A stretch of 64,000 bases of DNA from a virus. The stretch lies in the IMG/VR virus record IMGVR_UViG_3300007513_000010; one strand, 5' to 3'. Shown in pieces: positions 9,832-20,068 of this stretch. Numbering within the stretch: position 1 is the first letter of the stretch; every line of letters starts with the position of its first letter. The translations under genes were made by a program, and so were the position numbers. Below the pieces are notes generated by a model. It searched no databases. It saw nothing but the letters and a program-made list of their open reading frames with translations, and was not told the origin of the DNA.

Positions 9832-10467
9832 ATGCCATTTTGGAGCGAAATCAGCATAGAGCCAAAAAGAAAATTTAGATGGTTACTCTATTTTTCTGGC
9901 CTACCACAGTTTGTAGTTAAGTCGGTATCTAAGCCAAAGTTCAACATTGGATCTCAGACTCATGATTTTTTAAACTATAAGTTTAATTACCCTGGAAAGG
10001 TGGAGTGGCAGTCGCTAAGCATGACGTTGGTCGACCCAGTCCAGCCGGATGCAGTCAAAAGTTTTATGCAGATTTTGGAGAATTCGGGATATCAGATGCC
10101 AGATGACTTTGTAACAGCAGCCACAGGACAGTCCGCATTGGGGGGAATCAAGTCTATAACAAAACAATCTATGGTTACATCATTGGGCGGAGAGATACAA
10201 ATAGTTCAGCTTGCTTCCCGCGCAAGGCCAGAAACTGACGGCCCCGCAGGGATAATGCGACCAGTAGAAAAGTGGACAGTCCACAATCCAATAATTACAT
10301 CAGTTGATTTTGATGATCTGGATTATGGTAACGAAGAAATAATGAATATTAAAATCGAAATGAAGTATGATTGGGCAAACCTTGATCGCTCACCAGCCGG
10401 AGGCGGTTGGAATACTTTTAATTTAGAGTCGCCCAACTCTAATATAAATGATTTTACGGGCGAGTAA
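9832..10467 (+). CDS. Tail tube protein (T4 gp19-like)
   Basis: EPKRKFRW...YPGKVEW..MTLVDP...FDDLDY...YDWA motifs, directly after the sheath. ATG 9832 has an AGGAG SD (ORF track starts at 9793). Confidence 0.9.
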   Translation: MPFWSEISIEPKRKFRWLLYFSGLPQFVVKSVSKPKFNIGSQTHDFLNYKFNYPGKVEWQSLSMTLVDPVQPDAVKSFMQILENSGYQMPDDFVTAATGQSALGGIKSITKQSMVTSLGGEIQIVQLASRARPETDGPAGIMRPVEKWTVHNPIITSVDFDDLDYGNEEIMNIKIEMKYDWANLDRSPAGGGWNTFNLESPNSNINDFTGE

Positions 10468-10490
10468 TATTAGACAAAGCAGAGGAGTGA

Positions 10491-11354
10491 ATGTCTAGAA
10501 ATAATTCGAAGAGGCTACAAGCTTCTTCTGTAAACGAAGTGCCAGTTGAGGCAATGTCACCTCACCCGCCGCACACAACCGCGAATCTAATTGGAGATAT
10601 CTCTTTAGTTGTGCCTACTCAAACTGTAGAACTCCCATCAAGAGGAATGTTCTACAAGGAAGGCACCAGTCTATTCGGGAAAGAATCAATAGAAATAAAA
10701 GCCCTCACAGCAAAAGAGGAAGATATATTATCGTCTGCAGAATACCTAAAAGCAGGGACAGTTTTTGATAAACTGTTGGACAGCATAATAATAGATAAGA
10801 CGATAGACCATACAGAGCTTTTATCGGGAGACAAGAATGCTCTCCTTATCGCAGCTAGAGTTTCGGGTTATGGTCCGGAGTATCTTGTTACAAAGGAGTG
10901 CCCTCACTGTAACAAAGAGTGTGAATTTACCTATGATCTTACGATCGCAAAACCAGAAGAAGAGACTCTAGATGAAGTGGAGTTTAGGGAGGGTCTGTTT
11001 TGGACACATTTACCTAAATCGAATATTTCAATTGGTTTTAGGTTGATGACCGGCAAAGATCGGAAGTTCTTGGATAGTCAGGCAGAGAAAAAAGGAAAAT
11101 TAAACTTAGAAACCACACAGTTGTTAGATTTTTTGAGATATGTTATTGTTGAAGCTGGTGGCTCCCGAGATCCACAGCTGTTGAATCAGTTTGTTGAGAT
11201 AATGCCTGCTCTAGATTCTAGAAAATTAAGAAAAACGTATAATGAAGTCATGCCAGACTTGGATACTAAACAAAGTTTAGTGTGTAGCTCTTGTTCCCGG
11301 GAACATGAAAGCGAGGTATGGTTTGGCTTAAACTTTTTTTGGCCTGACGTCTAA
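10491..11354 (+). CDS. Baseplate hub assembly / tail assembly chaperone (T4 gp26-like)
   Basis: VELPSRG, LTAKEEDIL, GDKNALLIAAR..GYG, two CxxC pairs and a C-terminal FFWP. Lies between tube and tape measure. Confidence 0.85.
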   Translation: MSRNNSKRLQASSVNEVPVEAMSPHPPHTTANLIGDISLVVPTQTVELPSRGMFYKEGTSLFGKESIEIKALTAKEEDILSSAEYLKAGTVFDKLLDSIIIDKTIDHTELLSGDKNALLIAARVSGYGPEYLVTKECPHCNKECEFTYDLTIAKPEEETLDEVEFREGLFWTHLPKSNISIGFRLMTGKDRKFLDSQAEKKGKLNLETTQLLDFLRYVIVEAGGSRDPQLLNQFVEIMPALDSRKLRKTYNEVMPDLDTKQSLVCSSCSREHESEVWFGLNFFWPDV

Positions 11355-11358
11355 ATAT

Positions 11359-11505
11359 ATGGAGTCTGTTTATGAGCAGATCTTTTACCTTAAAACTGTT
11401 GGAAATTGGCAATTCCTAGAAGCATACACTCTACCAATACCTCTCCGCGATTGGTTTTTTAAGAAACTAGTAGAATTTAAAACCCCCCCTGAACAAAAAA
11501 CTTAA
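11359..11505 (+). CDS. Small chaperone-extension ORF (T4 gp51-like / GT-type), probably reached by frameshift
   Basis: MESVYEQIFYLKTVGNWQFLEAYTLPIPLRDWFFKKLVE. The frame is open from 11332 across a T7 run at the end of the upstream gene, and there is no clear SD. Confidence 0.75.
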   Translation: MESVYEQIFYLKTVGNWQFLEAYTLPIPLRDWFFKKLVEFKTPPEQKT

Positions 11506-11524
11506 GCTTGCTGATAATTAGTGT

Positions 11525-13246
11525 ATGACTGATAAATTAAAAGATGCCATCAAGGGTATACAAGACGCGGCCGGCGCCCTCGACGACGCAGCGAAGGATC
11601 TTGAGGCCCATCGCCGCGGCACCGGAGGGGGAGGCAGACCACCACCAAGAAGAAGGAGTCCACAACCCGGCCGGGGGTCCTCCGGCCGCGGGGGATCTAG
11701 CGGACCAGGGTACCGCGAAAGAGCAACAGAATATACTAAAGATTCTTTTAGAGATTCCAGGTACAAGACAAGACTTGGTGTAGATTCTTACTCTCAAGAT
11801 ATTGACGCGCTTATAGCTATTGATGCGCGCTATGCTCAGATGACAGGGAAGCACATGAACGATGTTGAGGGGTCGTGGGGAAGTGCAATTTCGACCATGT
11901 CTGGCGAGATGCGGAAATTTGTCATGGATGCCCCTCAAATGTTAGATAGAATTTTGGATTTACCAATTACCATGAGAGCGGCAACTGTTGATATGGCCAA
12001 GGATAAGAACTTGGCAAATCAGTTAGCTAAAACTGTTGGCTTTTTTGACGAACTAGGAATATCCGCGGAAGAGACGATGGGCGTTTTAGATATGACTACA
12101 ATTGGTTTCGAGGCTTCGTCTCAGGAGGCAATGGCCCTTGCAGTATCGGTAAGAGATATGGCAAAAGAGTTGGGCAAAACCCCAGAAGAGTTGATGCAGG
12201 ATTATTCACAACTGCAAAAGACTTTATCGTATTCTCTAGATAAAATAAATTCAGAGTTCCGCAAGCTTGAAATTCAATCTCGAGCCACCGGCATTCCAGT
12301 AGGAGATTTGGCGGATACTTTTGGTAGTCAACTTGACACGTTTGAAGGGTCTGCTGAAGCAGCCGGAAAACTGAATGCGGTCTTGGGAGGCTCCTACTTG
12401 AATTCTTTGGAGCTTTTGAATGCTACCGAATCGGAAAGAGTGGACATGGTCAAAAAGGCAATGAAGGCCGCTGGTACAAATTTACAAGACCTACAAAAGG
12501 GAAAGGGTTTTGGCTTGAAGGCTATTGCCAGCTCTTTGAATCTTCCAATTGATCAGACTCGAAGACTCTTGTCTGGTCGAAGCGAAGAGGTCATGAAAGA
12601 TCTGCAGAAGAAAGGAATAAAGGGCCCTAGTATGGACACTGCTGAATTAGAGGGCTCTCTAGACGATTTGGGTTCTGAAGTGCAGAGACTACACGGCCCA
12701 ATGAATGAGATGATTTTGCAAATAAGAGGGATGAAAGATAAGGCTCAACTCGAACCGACCGGAATGGCGGATCAGGAAAAGGCCGGCGGTTTGCTTAACT
12801 TTTATTTAAGAATGGTGGAACACTCCCTAAAAAGAGACGACGCCCGCAAACCCGGCGACCCTCTGAGAGACAAATCCGGCATGTTTACTGGCCTTAGCGC
12901 ACTTAAGGATGTTTTAGATGATAAGAACATTTTACCTAAAGAGAAAATTATAAGACTCAATCTGTATGTCAAGCAATTAGAGGCCGCTTCTTCTGCGCTT
13001 GAGAGATTAAAAGTGCCCATTCCGACAGTGATCGCTGAGCCGATGGCAGCAAAAGCGGCCTCTAAGAAGAACCCCTTGCAAAGAGTCCGACCGCCAGCCC
13101 CCGGGGCACGCCACACCGCCGGAGCCGGTCCGCCTGCCGGCCCCGGTGCAGGTACCGGTGCAGGTACCAGTACTGTCATAAATGTCAAACTTCCTAATGG
13201 CAAGGTAGTTAGGAATATTGCAGTTGAGTTCTTAAGGAATTTATAG
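11525..13246 (+). CDS. Tape measure protein
   Basis: Helical Ala/Met/Leu-rich 573 aa with an FDTFE-like SAEAAGKLNAVLGG segment. Canonical position after the chaperone. Confidence 0.75.
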   Translation: MTDKLKDAIKGIQDAAGALDDAAKDLEAHRRGTGGGGRPPPRRRSPQPGRGSSGRGGSSGPGYRERATEYTKDSFRDSRYKTRLGVDSYSQDIDALIAIDARYAQMTGKHMNDVEGSWGSAISTMSGEMRKFVMDAPQMLDRILDLPITMRAATVDMAKDKNLANQLAKTVGFFDELGISAEETMGVLDMTTIGFEASSQEAMALAVSVRDMAKELGKTPEELMQDYSQLQKTLSYSLDKINSEFRKLEIQSRATGIPVGDLADTFGSQLDTFEGSAEAAGKLNAVLGGSYLNSLELLNATESERVDMVKKAMKAAGTNLQDLQKGKGFGLKAIASSLNLPIDQTRRLLSGRSEEVMKDLQKKGIKGPSMDTAELEGSLDDLGSEVQRLHGPMNEMILQIRGMKDKAQLEPTGMADQEKAGGLLNFYLRMVEHSLKRDDARKPGDPLRDKSGMFTGLSALKDVLDDKNILPKEKIIRLNLYVKQLEAASSALERLKVPIPTVIAEPMAAKAASKKNPLQRVRPPAPGARHTAGAGPPAGPGAGTGAGTSTVINVKLPNGKVVRNIAVEFLRNL

Positions 13247-13291
13247 TTTGGTGTTTTTGTGTCAAAATTAAAACAGAAGGAGGGGTAAGGT

Positions 13292-13981
13292 TTGATACCT
13301 TTTCATGAAATAGTAAACAATACAGGTTATTCAATAAGCATTAAGCACGTTGCAACAGGGAGAGCCATTAGTTTTCCTTGCTTTATGACGCAGTTTTCAG
13401 ACGACTATTCTGTAGACTGGTCACCCGAAACTGTGTATGGTCGTATGGATCCTATCCAGACGTACAAAGGCACTACAAGAAAAATTCAAATTGACTTCGA
13501 CGTCTTGGCTGAAAACGAACAGAGAGCAGAAGAGAACATGATTGCAGTGAGAGAGTTTATTCGCTTTATGTATCCCAAGTATACCAGAATAGATGACACT
13601 GGATTGGTCCGGACCTTGTCAGCTCCTCCTCTCCTGAAGATTAAGTTTGCAAACTTAATTGAAAGCTCGACAACAGGAGAGGGTATACTCGGAGCTATTT
13701 CTGGCTTTCAATACAAGCCTGTGCACGAGTCAGGGTATGTGATGCCCCGCGCAGGTGTTATTTTTTCTAGAGCTTTTTCAATTTCTCTATCGTTCGACGT
13801 TTTGCACGATCACGATGTTGGGTGGAGCGAAGAAAACACTTGGCTTGGAGGCCCAGACTATCCCTATGGTTTGGAGTCAAAAGAACTTGTACCAAATTCG
13901 AAGAGGTTGTCGCCTAGCAGTATTAATGCGGACCCTAGTGACCCGGTCAACGCTGCGCGTCGCCGAGAGATGTTAAAGTGA
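13292..13981 (+). CDS. Baseplate/tube initiator protein
   Basis: FSDDYSVDW..VYGRMDPIQTYKGTTRKI..F and PPLLKIKFANLI motifs. Follows the tape measure. Confidence 0.75.
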   Translation: MIPFHEIVNNTGYSISIKHVATGRAISFPCFMTQFSDDYSVDWSPETVYGRMDPIQTYKGTTRKIQIDFDVLAENEQRAEENMIAVREFIRFMYPKYTRIDDTGLVRTLSAPPLLKIKFANLIESSTTGEGILGAISGFQYKPVHESGYVMPRAGVIFSRAFSISLSFDVLHDHDVGWSEENTWLGGPDYPYGLESKELVPNSKRLSPSSINADPSDPVNAARRREMLK

Positions 13982-13991
13982 GGGTCTTAAC

Positions 13992-14330
13992 ATGACAGAC
14001 AGGAACGAAAAGAGAGAAATATTAATAAACAAGAGCCGGCTTTACAAGAGAAAAGCAAAGTCTAAAAATCTTAATTTTTTTCGTCAGTATAACTCGATGA
14101 AACTGAATACGCTGACTCCTGATGATGTTGCAGAATTGACGGTCATTGATCATTTGTGGAAATCTGGGGACAGATATTATAAATTGGCCTATAAATATTA
14201 TGGTAGTACTGATTTATGGTTTCTTTTGGCATGGTTTAATAAGAGGCCAACAGACCATCATGTTACCTTAGGTACCCCAGTGCGTATTCCTTTGCCACTT
14301 GAAAAAGTTCTGTACTTATACAACAAATAG
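13992..14330 (+). CDS. LysM-like baseplate wedge protein (gp53/gpX-like)
   Basis: GDRYYKLAYKYYGSTDLWFLLAWFN...G..VRIP. Confidence 0.85.
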   Translation: MTDRNEKREILINKSRLYKRKAKSKNLNFFRQYNSMKLNTLTPDDVAELTVIDHLWKSGDRYYKLAYKYYGSTDLWFLLAWFNKRPTDHHVTLGTPVRIPLPLEKVLYLYNK

Positions 14331-14345
14331 GGCTATAATACTAAG

Positions 14346-16880
14346 ATGGAATTCAACGAACAGAAGTATTTAATTTGGAGCAAATTCATAAAGGAAGAAC
14401 TGAATACACAATCTAGCTTTTCAAAAAAAAGAGAAACGGCCGTTCCATTAAATACAGTTACAAGTCTTACTGAAGACCCATCATCGACGTTGAGCAAGAT
14501 CTTGTCTGCCAACCTCATTAAATCTGGCAAATCAAAGAGGGCTTTTGTGGACATGCCCACTCACAAACTATCCATGCTTGTGCCGTTTATACAATTATAC
14601 AAAGTTGTCGGCGACGCATACCAGCCATTTTATTTTCCTAGACACCACCAGGAGATGGAAATAGAGTCGATAATGTCTGAAGGTGGGCGCTTGTCGGGAT
14701 CGGGAATTAAGAGTTTTGATATAGTGTTTGAAGGGAAGGACACTTTTACAGCTGACAAGCTATTGAGATGCAATTTAAATTTCTATATCCAGGATATGAA
14801 GTCTCTTTTTAATTCTCCGGGTGGAAACTTTGCACCTTTGGCAGAACTGATCACAGCGCGCGCTCCGAATCAATTTATCATTGACTCTAAAAACAAGGCA
14901 CACGCAGAACAGGTAAACAAATCTAGGTCTATCGAGATAAAGGTAGACCTAGGTTGGTCAGTATACCCGGAGATGTCAGAAGAATTCACTTCAGATGAGA
15001 TTGAGGCAGTAAGAAACAACACGGTCTCCTTAAGGCTAACCTTGGTGGACCATAATATTAATTTTGCACAAGAGGGGGTTCTGACAATATCGGCCAGCTA
15101 TATTGGAAGACTGGAATCCATGTTAGATAATAAAACTTCAGATATCCTGGTTTCTTCTGAAGATTTAAATTATTTTGCTAATATAAACAAGCAAATAGAC
15201 TCTTTGAAAAAGGAATACAAAGAGAATGATTCGGTGGTAGATAAGAAAGAAGAGGCAGTGATAGAAGAGGAGTCGAGAACAGCCCTGATTCAGAATTTTA
15301 GCACGATACTGGATCGTCTTGATCCTAAACAGAAGAGCTCTTTTTTTACAGAAGATATAACTCTCGCAAAGGAGGAAGAGTTTTTCGAATCTATTCAGAC
15401 AAGTAAAAAGAAAAACAACGAAGTTGATAGCTCTAGGAAGAAAGCCGTCCGCGCCGCATCCGGCACTCCACCGCTAAACAAGCCTCAAAATAAAAAGAAA
15501 TCAAAGAGAAAAAAGCCAAATCTAGCAGAAAGGACCATAAATTATATATATTTAGCAGACTTGATGGAGCAGGTCATGATAATTCTTAACGAAAACTATA
15601 TGGCAATCAATGATGCAAAGATAAAAAAACAGCTAGAGTCTTTTAGGATAATCTTGGCAGACTTTCGCCTTTCTATCGTGGAAAAAAAGGGAGAAGCCTC
15701 CATTGCCACTATGCCATTTTCATTAGGGGAATTTCCCATATCCATAAGGGCGTTTTCAGAGTGGTTCAGAGACAACATAATAAAACCAGCTAAAGTTAAG
15801 TTTGGTTTTATGACATTCCTAGAGACGATGATCAATGACTTGGTTTATGGTTCTCTGAGTAAGATGAATTACCGCGACGCTCCAATAATTAATGAAAATG
15901 TTAAATTTGGCATTGCTTCTGTGGTTTCATTGAGTGGTCATGGCAAGCTAAAGGGAAAAACTAAGATAAAAGCGGACGACATGCCCAGTTTTTCCGCAAC
16001 TATGAGCACCAAACAGTTTGACAATGATGTGGATTATATGATATTCTATTCTTATGTATCTGCGCAACCTTCGCAAAAAAATAAATCTGGTGATATAAAC
16101 AAGGATGAGAAGGATGGAGTGTTTCACCTATATCTTGGTCAAAACAGGGGAATAATTAAGGAAATAAACTTCAACAAGGTCGACCTTCAATATAGGAAGG
16201 AGTTTTTGATAGCAAATAGTTACTCTTTGTTTGACGAATTGAGACTGCCGTACAATGCGAGCATTTCTATGTTTGGAAACACCATTTTCCGCCCGGGCAG
16301 CCAACTTTATATAAACCCCTCAAGTATAGGACTGGGAGACCCCAGAAACAAAAACTCTCCCGCAGTTCGTTTGGGCCTAGGCGGGTACTACACGGTGACT
16401 AAGGTGACTATGGACTTGAATGAGACCACCTTTAACACAAACTTGGACGCGGTCTTTACTGGCTGGCCAGAAGCTAAGGGTGTTGCGGGGAAGCTTGCAA
16501 AACAGACCGCCATTCAGGTCGCAGCCGCCTCACAGATCGATGCCACCGCGACCACAGGGGGTTCTTCTCCAGATCCAAACCCAACACCCTTTAATAGGGT
16601 CTCTAACCCGGTGAATCCTCATTCGAATGTCACGCCGTCTTCTGTTAAATCTGGACGCCAGATAAGGAATGATCATTTGGCCGCAGCACAGTGGGCTTAT
16701 AATAATCCTGGCCAGGTCCATTCTGAGTATGATATTAGCAGACAGACAGGTACTGTCACCGGAGGGCAGGCTGCAACCATGATAATGGTGCGAAAGAAGA
16801 ACCATTTTCGTCATTTTGACTTTTTGTTTGACTCATCTGGAAACGTTATCCCAACTAGTGGTTGGAATCAAGGCCCGTAG
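14346..16880 (+). CDS. Baseplate hub-like protein
   Basis: C-terminal ISMFGNTIFRPG..LYI...GYYTVTKV hub-type motif, in baseplate context. Confidence 0.65.
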   Translation: MEFNEQKYLIWSKFIKEELNTQSSFSKKRETAVPLNTVTSLTEDPSSTLSKILSANLIKSGKSKRAFVDMPTHKLSMLVPFIQLYKVVGDAYQPFYFPRHHQEMEIESIMSEGGRLSGSGIKSFDIVFEGKDTFTADKLLRCNLNFYIQDMKSLFNSPGGNFAPLAELITARAPNQFIIDSKNKAHAEQVNKSRSIEIKVDLGWSVYPEMSEEFTSDEIEAVRNNTVSLRLTLVDHNINFAQEGVLTISASYIGRLESMLDNKTSDILVSSEDLNYFANINKQIDSLKKEYKENDSVVDKKEEAVIEEESRTALIQNFSTILDRLDPKQKSSFFTEDITLAKEEEFFESIQTSKKKNNEVDSSRKKAVRAASGTPPLNKPQNKKKSKRKKPNLAERTINYIYLADLMEQVMIILNENYMAINDAKIKKQLESFRIILADFRLSIVEKKGEASIATMPFSLGEFPISIRAFSEWFRDNIIKPAKVKFGFMTFLETMINDLVYGSLSKMNYRDAPIINENVKFGIASVVSLSGHGKLKGKTKIKADDMPSFSATMSTKQFDNDVDYMIFYSYVSAQPSQKNKSGDINKDEKDGVFHLYLGQNRGIIKEINFNKVDLQYRKEFLIANSYSLFDELRLPYNASISMFGNTIFRPGSQLYINPSSIGLGDPRNKNSPAVRLGLGGYYTVTKVTMDLNETTFNTNLDAVFTGWPEAKGVAGKLAKQTAIQVAAASQIDATATTGGSSPDPNPTPFNRVSNPVNPHSNVTPSSVKSGRQIRNDHLAAAQWAYNNPGQVHSEYDISRQTGTVTGGQAATMIMVRKKNHFRHFDFLFDSSGNVIPTSGWNQGP

Positions 16881-16891
16881 GAGAAAAAGAG

Positions 16892-18070
16892 ATGGTAAAA
16901 TTAACTGGAGAAAATAGCCTAGGAATTACTGACCTGTATGACGCGCGTAAATTTTATAAAGAAGATTTCTATCCTGTTGAAGCCTTGTCGGAAATGCCCA
17001 TAGATTTTTTATATGAAAATCCAAATTATGGGCTGATAAATGAACAAGATGAGACAGTATATGTGTTGACAGACGAAGAGAGAGTAAATTTAAAAAAATT
17101 TGATACGGCTAGGGTATATGGTCTTAATTTTGTCGTCGATGCGTTTCACTCATTTAGAGAAGAGTTTTTACATGATGTGAGGGAGAATAGAATACCTTCG
17201 CTGCCAATAATAGGTGAACTCCTCCCGGCTGAATCGCATATTGACTTCGAAGAGCTTTATTTTAACTACTTAAGGAGCATGGAAGACTTTCTGATAAATG
17301 AATATATTGTTGACCATCATATTATCAATTTTGAGGATCTTTTGGGCGCCATAAGAGAGTTTGTTTTGACGATGGCAAAAGATCATCCGATAACTAGAAG
17401 CGGCTTTATAGATTCTCGAAATTGCCCCCTGACTGCCTCCGGCCTGATTGTTGATGTTGGAAAACAGGACTGTTCTTCGGACCCTTTCAAGGGTGACCTC
17501 ATCCAAAGCCGCGGCTTTGCTTGTTTCGTTCAGTATGCTGCTAGGCATGGTTTTTTAGTAGATAAAAACGCGCCCTGGCGTCTTGTCTGTGATACGCATT
17601 CAGAAAAAATGAGGAAGTATATGCTTCCCTATGCTAGCAGTGCTTTATCTAACGAGCAGATTTTAAACACTCGATATAGGGTGAAGTCTCACTACGATGA
17701 TATATATGACCTACAAGATTACATATTTAGAATGTATAAGTCGTTGATAAGGGTGAGCCCTTATTATATTCGCAGAGAGGGTAAAAAAAGATCTTTCATT
17801 TCTAGAGAAAATATGGTATGGTATAATCAGAAGAAGTTTGATAAAATGTTTTGGCTTAAGTTGCTTTTCGACACGCGGATTGCAGAAATAGGTCATCCAT
17901 CATCGTACCCGGAGTACGATTTAGAATTAAAAGAGATACAAGATACGTTTCGAATTTTGGGTATGAGGTCCGCGCTAGGTAAATTGGGCGCAACAGTATC
18001 AAAAAGAAAAAAAAGAAACACTAGTATCAATAGCTATGAACCAACAAAAGTGAAAGATTATATAAGATGA
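16892..18070 (+). CDS. Hypothetical protein (possibly structural)
   Basis: Long ORF with an AGGAG SD before ATG 16892. Contains GFLVDKNAPWRLV. Confidence 0.6.
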   Translation: MVKLTGENSLGITDLYDARKFYKEDFYPVEALSEMPIDFLYENPNYGLINEQDETVYVLTDEERVNLKKFDTARVYGLNFVVDAFHSFREEFLHDVRENRIPSLPIIGELLPAESHIDFEELYFNYLRSMEDFLINEYIVDHHIINFEDLLGAIREFVLTMAKDHPITRSGFIDSRNCPLTASGLIVDVGKQDCSSDPFKGDLIQSRGFACFVQYAARHGFLVDKNAPWRLVCDTHSEKMRKYMLPYASSALSNEQILNTRYRVKSHYDDIYDLQDYIFRMYKSLIRVSPYYIRREGKKRSFISRENMVWYNQKKFDKMFWLKLLFDTRIAEIGHPSSYPEYDLELKEIQDTFRILGMRSALGKLGATVSKRKKRNTSINSYEPTKVKDYIR

Positions 18071-19131
18071 CGGCAGCGTTAATTGAGCTGACAACAGAAG
18101 AAGAAAAATACCTTTGGAAATATGAGCCCACCCTCGCGACTCAAGAAAGCACTTATTTATACTTGTACACTCTAGGCGCAAAGCTGGACGATATTCTTCC
18201 GCTTGAAATTGCATCTGAACTGAGTAGATATAGAGAAAAGGTGAAAGCAATTTTACTTACTTATAAAACTGCGAAAATAGAAGCTTCAAATTACAATTAC
18301 AGAGAACTGATTCCAGAACATGTGTATGAAAGATATGAGATGTATCATTCTCTTGCTCAAGGGTGGGTTGCAAAGAATGTTCCAAAACCCCGCCATTATA
18401 ATATTTTAAGCAAGGCTCACGAAGTTGTGGAAGACATAGGCAGCCGCCGCCTTGGAAACTTAGAACAAAAGGTAAAATATAATATCTTCGGAACAAAAAC
18501 AGGAAGACTCACCACTCAACCTGGATCATTTCCTATTTTAACTTTACCAAAAAAGGAAAGGTCCCAAATAACTCCACAAAATGACCTTCTTGTCGAGATA
18601 GATTTTAATGGCGCTGAAGTGAGGACTCTTTTGGCTCTGTCTGGAACTTCACTACCCGCAGATGATATACATTCGTGGAATATGAAGATGTTACCACCAT
18701 GGTTAACCAGAGAGGAGGCGAAAGAAAAGTTCTTCGCTTGGCTGTATAATCCTGCCTCCAAAGAAGAATGCTTTTCAGGAGCCTATGACAAGAGTATCTA
18801 TAAGAGACACTGGAAATCTGGAAACCTTAACACCCCATATGGGAGAGAGATAGAGGTAGAGGAAAGTAAAGCTTTAAATTATCTCCTTCAATCAACCACA
18901 AGCGACATTGTGGTGGAGAACACGCACAAAATAATGCTACAGCTAAAAGAAAGGGAAAGCTTTCTGTCATTCATGATGCACGACTCGGTTGTTTTAGATT
19001 TTTCTTCGAAGGACCTGGCTATTTTAAATAATATTTTAGAAGAGTTTAAAATAACCAGACTAGGAAAGTATCAAACTTCTGTTAGAATAGGAAAAGATTA
19101 TTACAATATGAGGGAGATCTCAAATGCTTAA
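18067..19131 (+). CDS. polA: Minimal family A DNA polymerase domain protein
   Basis: TKTGRL, motif A (EIDFNGAEVRTL), motif B (REEAKEKFFAWLY), ALNYLLQST and motif C (MHDS). No exonuclease domains. Confidence 0.8.
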   Translation: MTAALIELTTEEEKYLWKYEPTLATQESTYLYLYTLGAKLDDILPLEIASELSRYREKVKAILLTYKTAKIEASNYNYRELIPEHVYERYEMYHSLAQGWVAKNVPKPRHYNILSKAHEVVEDIGSRRLGNLEQKVKYNIFGTKTGRLTTQPGSFPILTLPKKERSQITPQNDLLVEIDFNGAEVRTLLALSGTSLPADDIHSWNMKMLPPWLTREEAKEKFFAWLYNPASKEECFSGAYDKSIYKRHWKSGNLNTPYGREIEVEESKALNYLLQSTTSDIVVENTHKIMLQLKERESFLSFMMHDSVVLDFSSKDLAILNNILEEFKITRLGKYQTSVRIGKDYYNMREISNA

Positions 19132-19975
19132 AATCGTTTCAATCGGCACACCGGCCAAAAATTTGGCGGCAAAATTTTCCAGATTTGAAAATTATGATTT
19201 TTTTGCTTTCGATGATGTTCCAGCTGAAGAAATTAAAAAACAATTTCTGTTACCCAAGCTGGAGTCTCCAGAAGAATATGAGTCTGTACGCCTTCCCGGT
19301 TTAGATAAGTTTTTGAAAAAAGTTTCTGGCGAAGTATTGTTATTAGTTTGTGGCGCTTCCATTTGCTCGGGCGTCACTTTAAGGTTGATGGAAAAGGTTT
19401 ACAAAAATTGTACAAAAAAAATAAAAATTCTTTATATTTTGCCAGAGGTGGGATTGCTGAGTAGAACGAAATCACTACAAGAACGAACAGTTAGGAATGT
19501 CTTGCAGGAATATACCAGATCTGGACTATTTGACAAAATGACTATTGTGTCCAATGCCGAAGTGGAAAAATCGATGGGGAATTGTACCATATTGGAATAT
19601 TATGACAAACTTAATGAAACGATAGCCTATACCTACCACATGATTGAGGTTTTTAAGAACTCTAAACCTATTTCAAGTACGGTTTCGAAAATTGATGAAT
19701 GCTCTAGGATTTCCACAATTGGTGTTTCCTCTTTGGAAAAATCTGAATCTGATTTGTTTTTTTCTATTGACGATGTGCGTGAAATCGTATATTATTATGG
19801 AATAAGTGAAAAAAAACTAAATAGTGAAAAAAACTTATTTCGAAAAATTGTAGAATCTATAAAAAGCAAAACAACAGAATACACTAGAGCATCATTTAGC
19901 ATATATCAGACAAAATATGAAGACGACTATGTTTACATTGAACATTATTCCCCTCGAGTACAAAAAAACACTTGA
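19124..19975 (+). CDS. Divergent tubulin/FtsZ (PhuZ-like) fold protein
   Basis: Degenerate equivalents of tubulin motifs appear in the right order: IVSIGTPAKNLA, VCGASICSG, YILP, IVSN, KLNETIA. Confidence 0.45.
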   Translation: MLKIVSIGTPAKNLAAKFSRFENYDFFAFDDVPAEEIKKQFLLPKLESPEEYESVRLPGLDKFLKKVSGEVLLLVCGASICSGVTLRLMEKVYKNCTKKIKILYILPEVGLLSRTKSLQERTVRNVLQEYTRSGLFDKMTIVSNAEVEKSMGNCTILEYYDKLNETIAYTYHMIEVFKNSKPISSTVSKIDECSRISTIGVSSLEKSESDLFFSIDDVREIVYYYGISEKKLNSEKNLFRKIVESIKSKTTEYTRASFSIYQTKYEDDYVYIEHYSPRVQKNT

Positions 19976-20000
19976 CAGAAAGATAAAAATTTAGTATAGT
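19972..20000 (+). promoter_or_regulatory. Sigma70-like promoter upstream of SSB
   Basis: TTGACA-17nt-TATAGT. Confidence 0.75.
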
Positions 20001-20068
20001 ATATACAGTTGGTCGGGAAATTTGCCGACCTGCTTTAGCCACAGAGTAAAAAAACAAGGAGAAAAACT

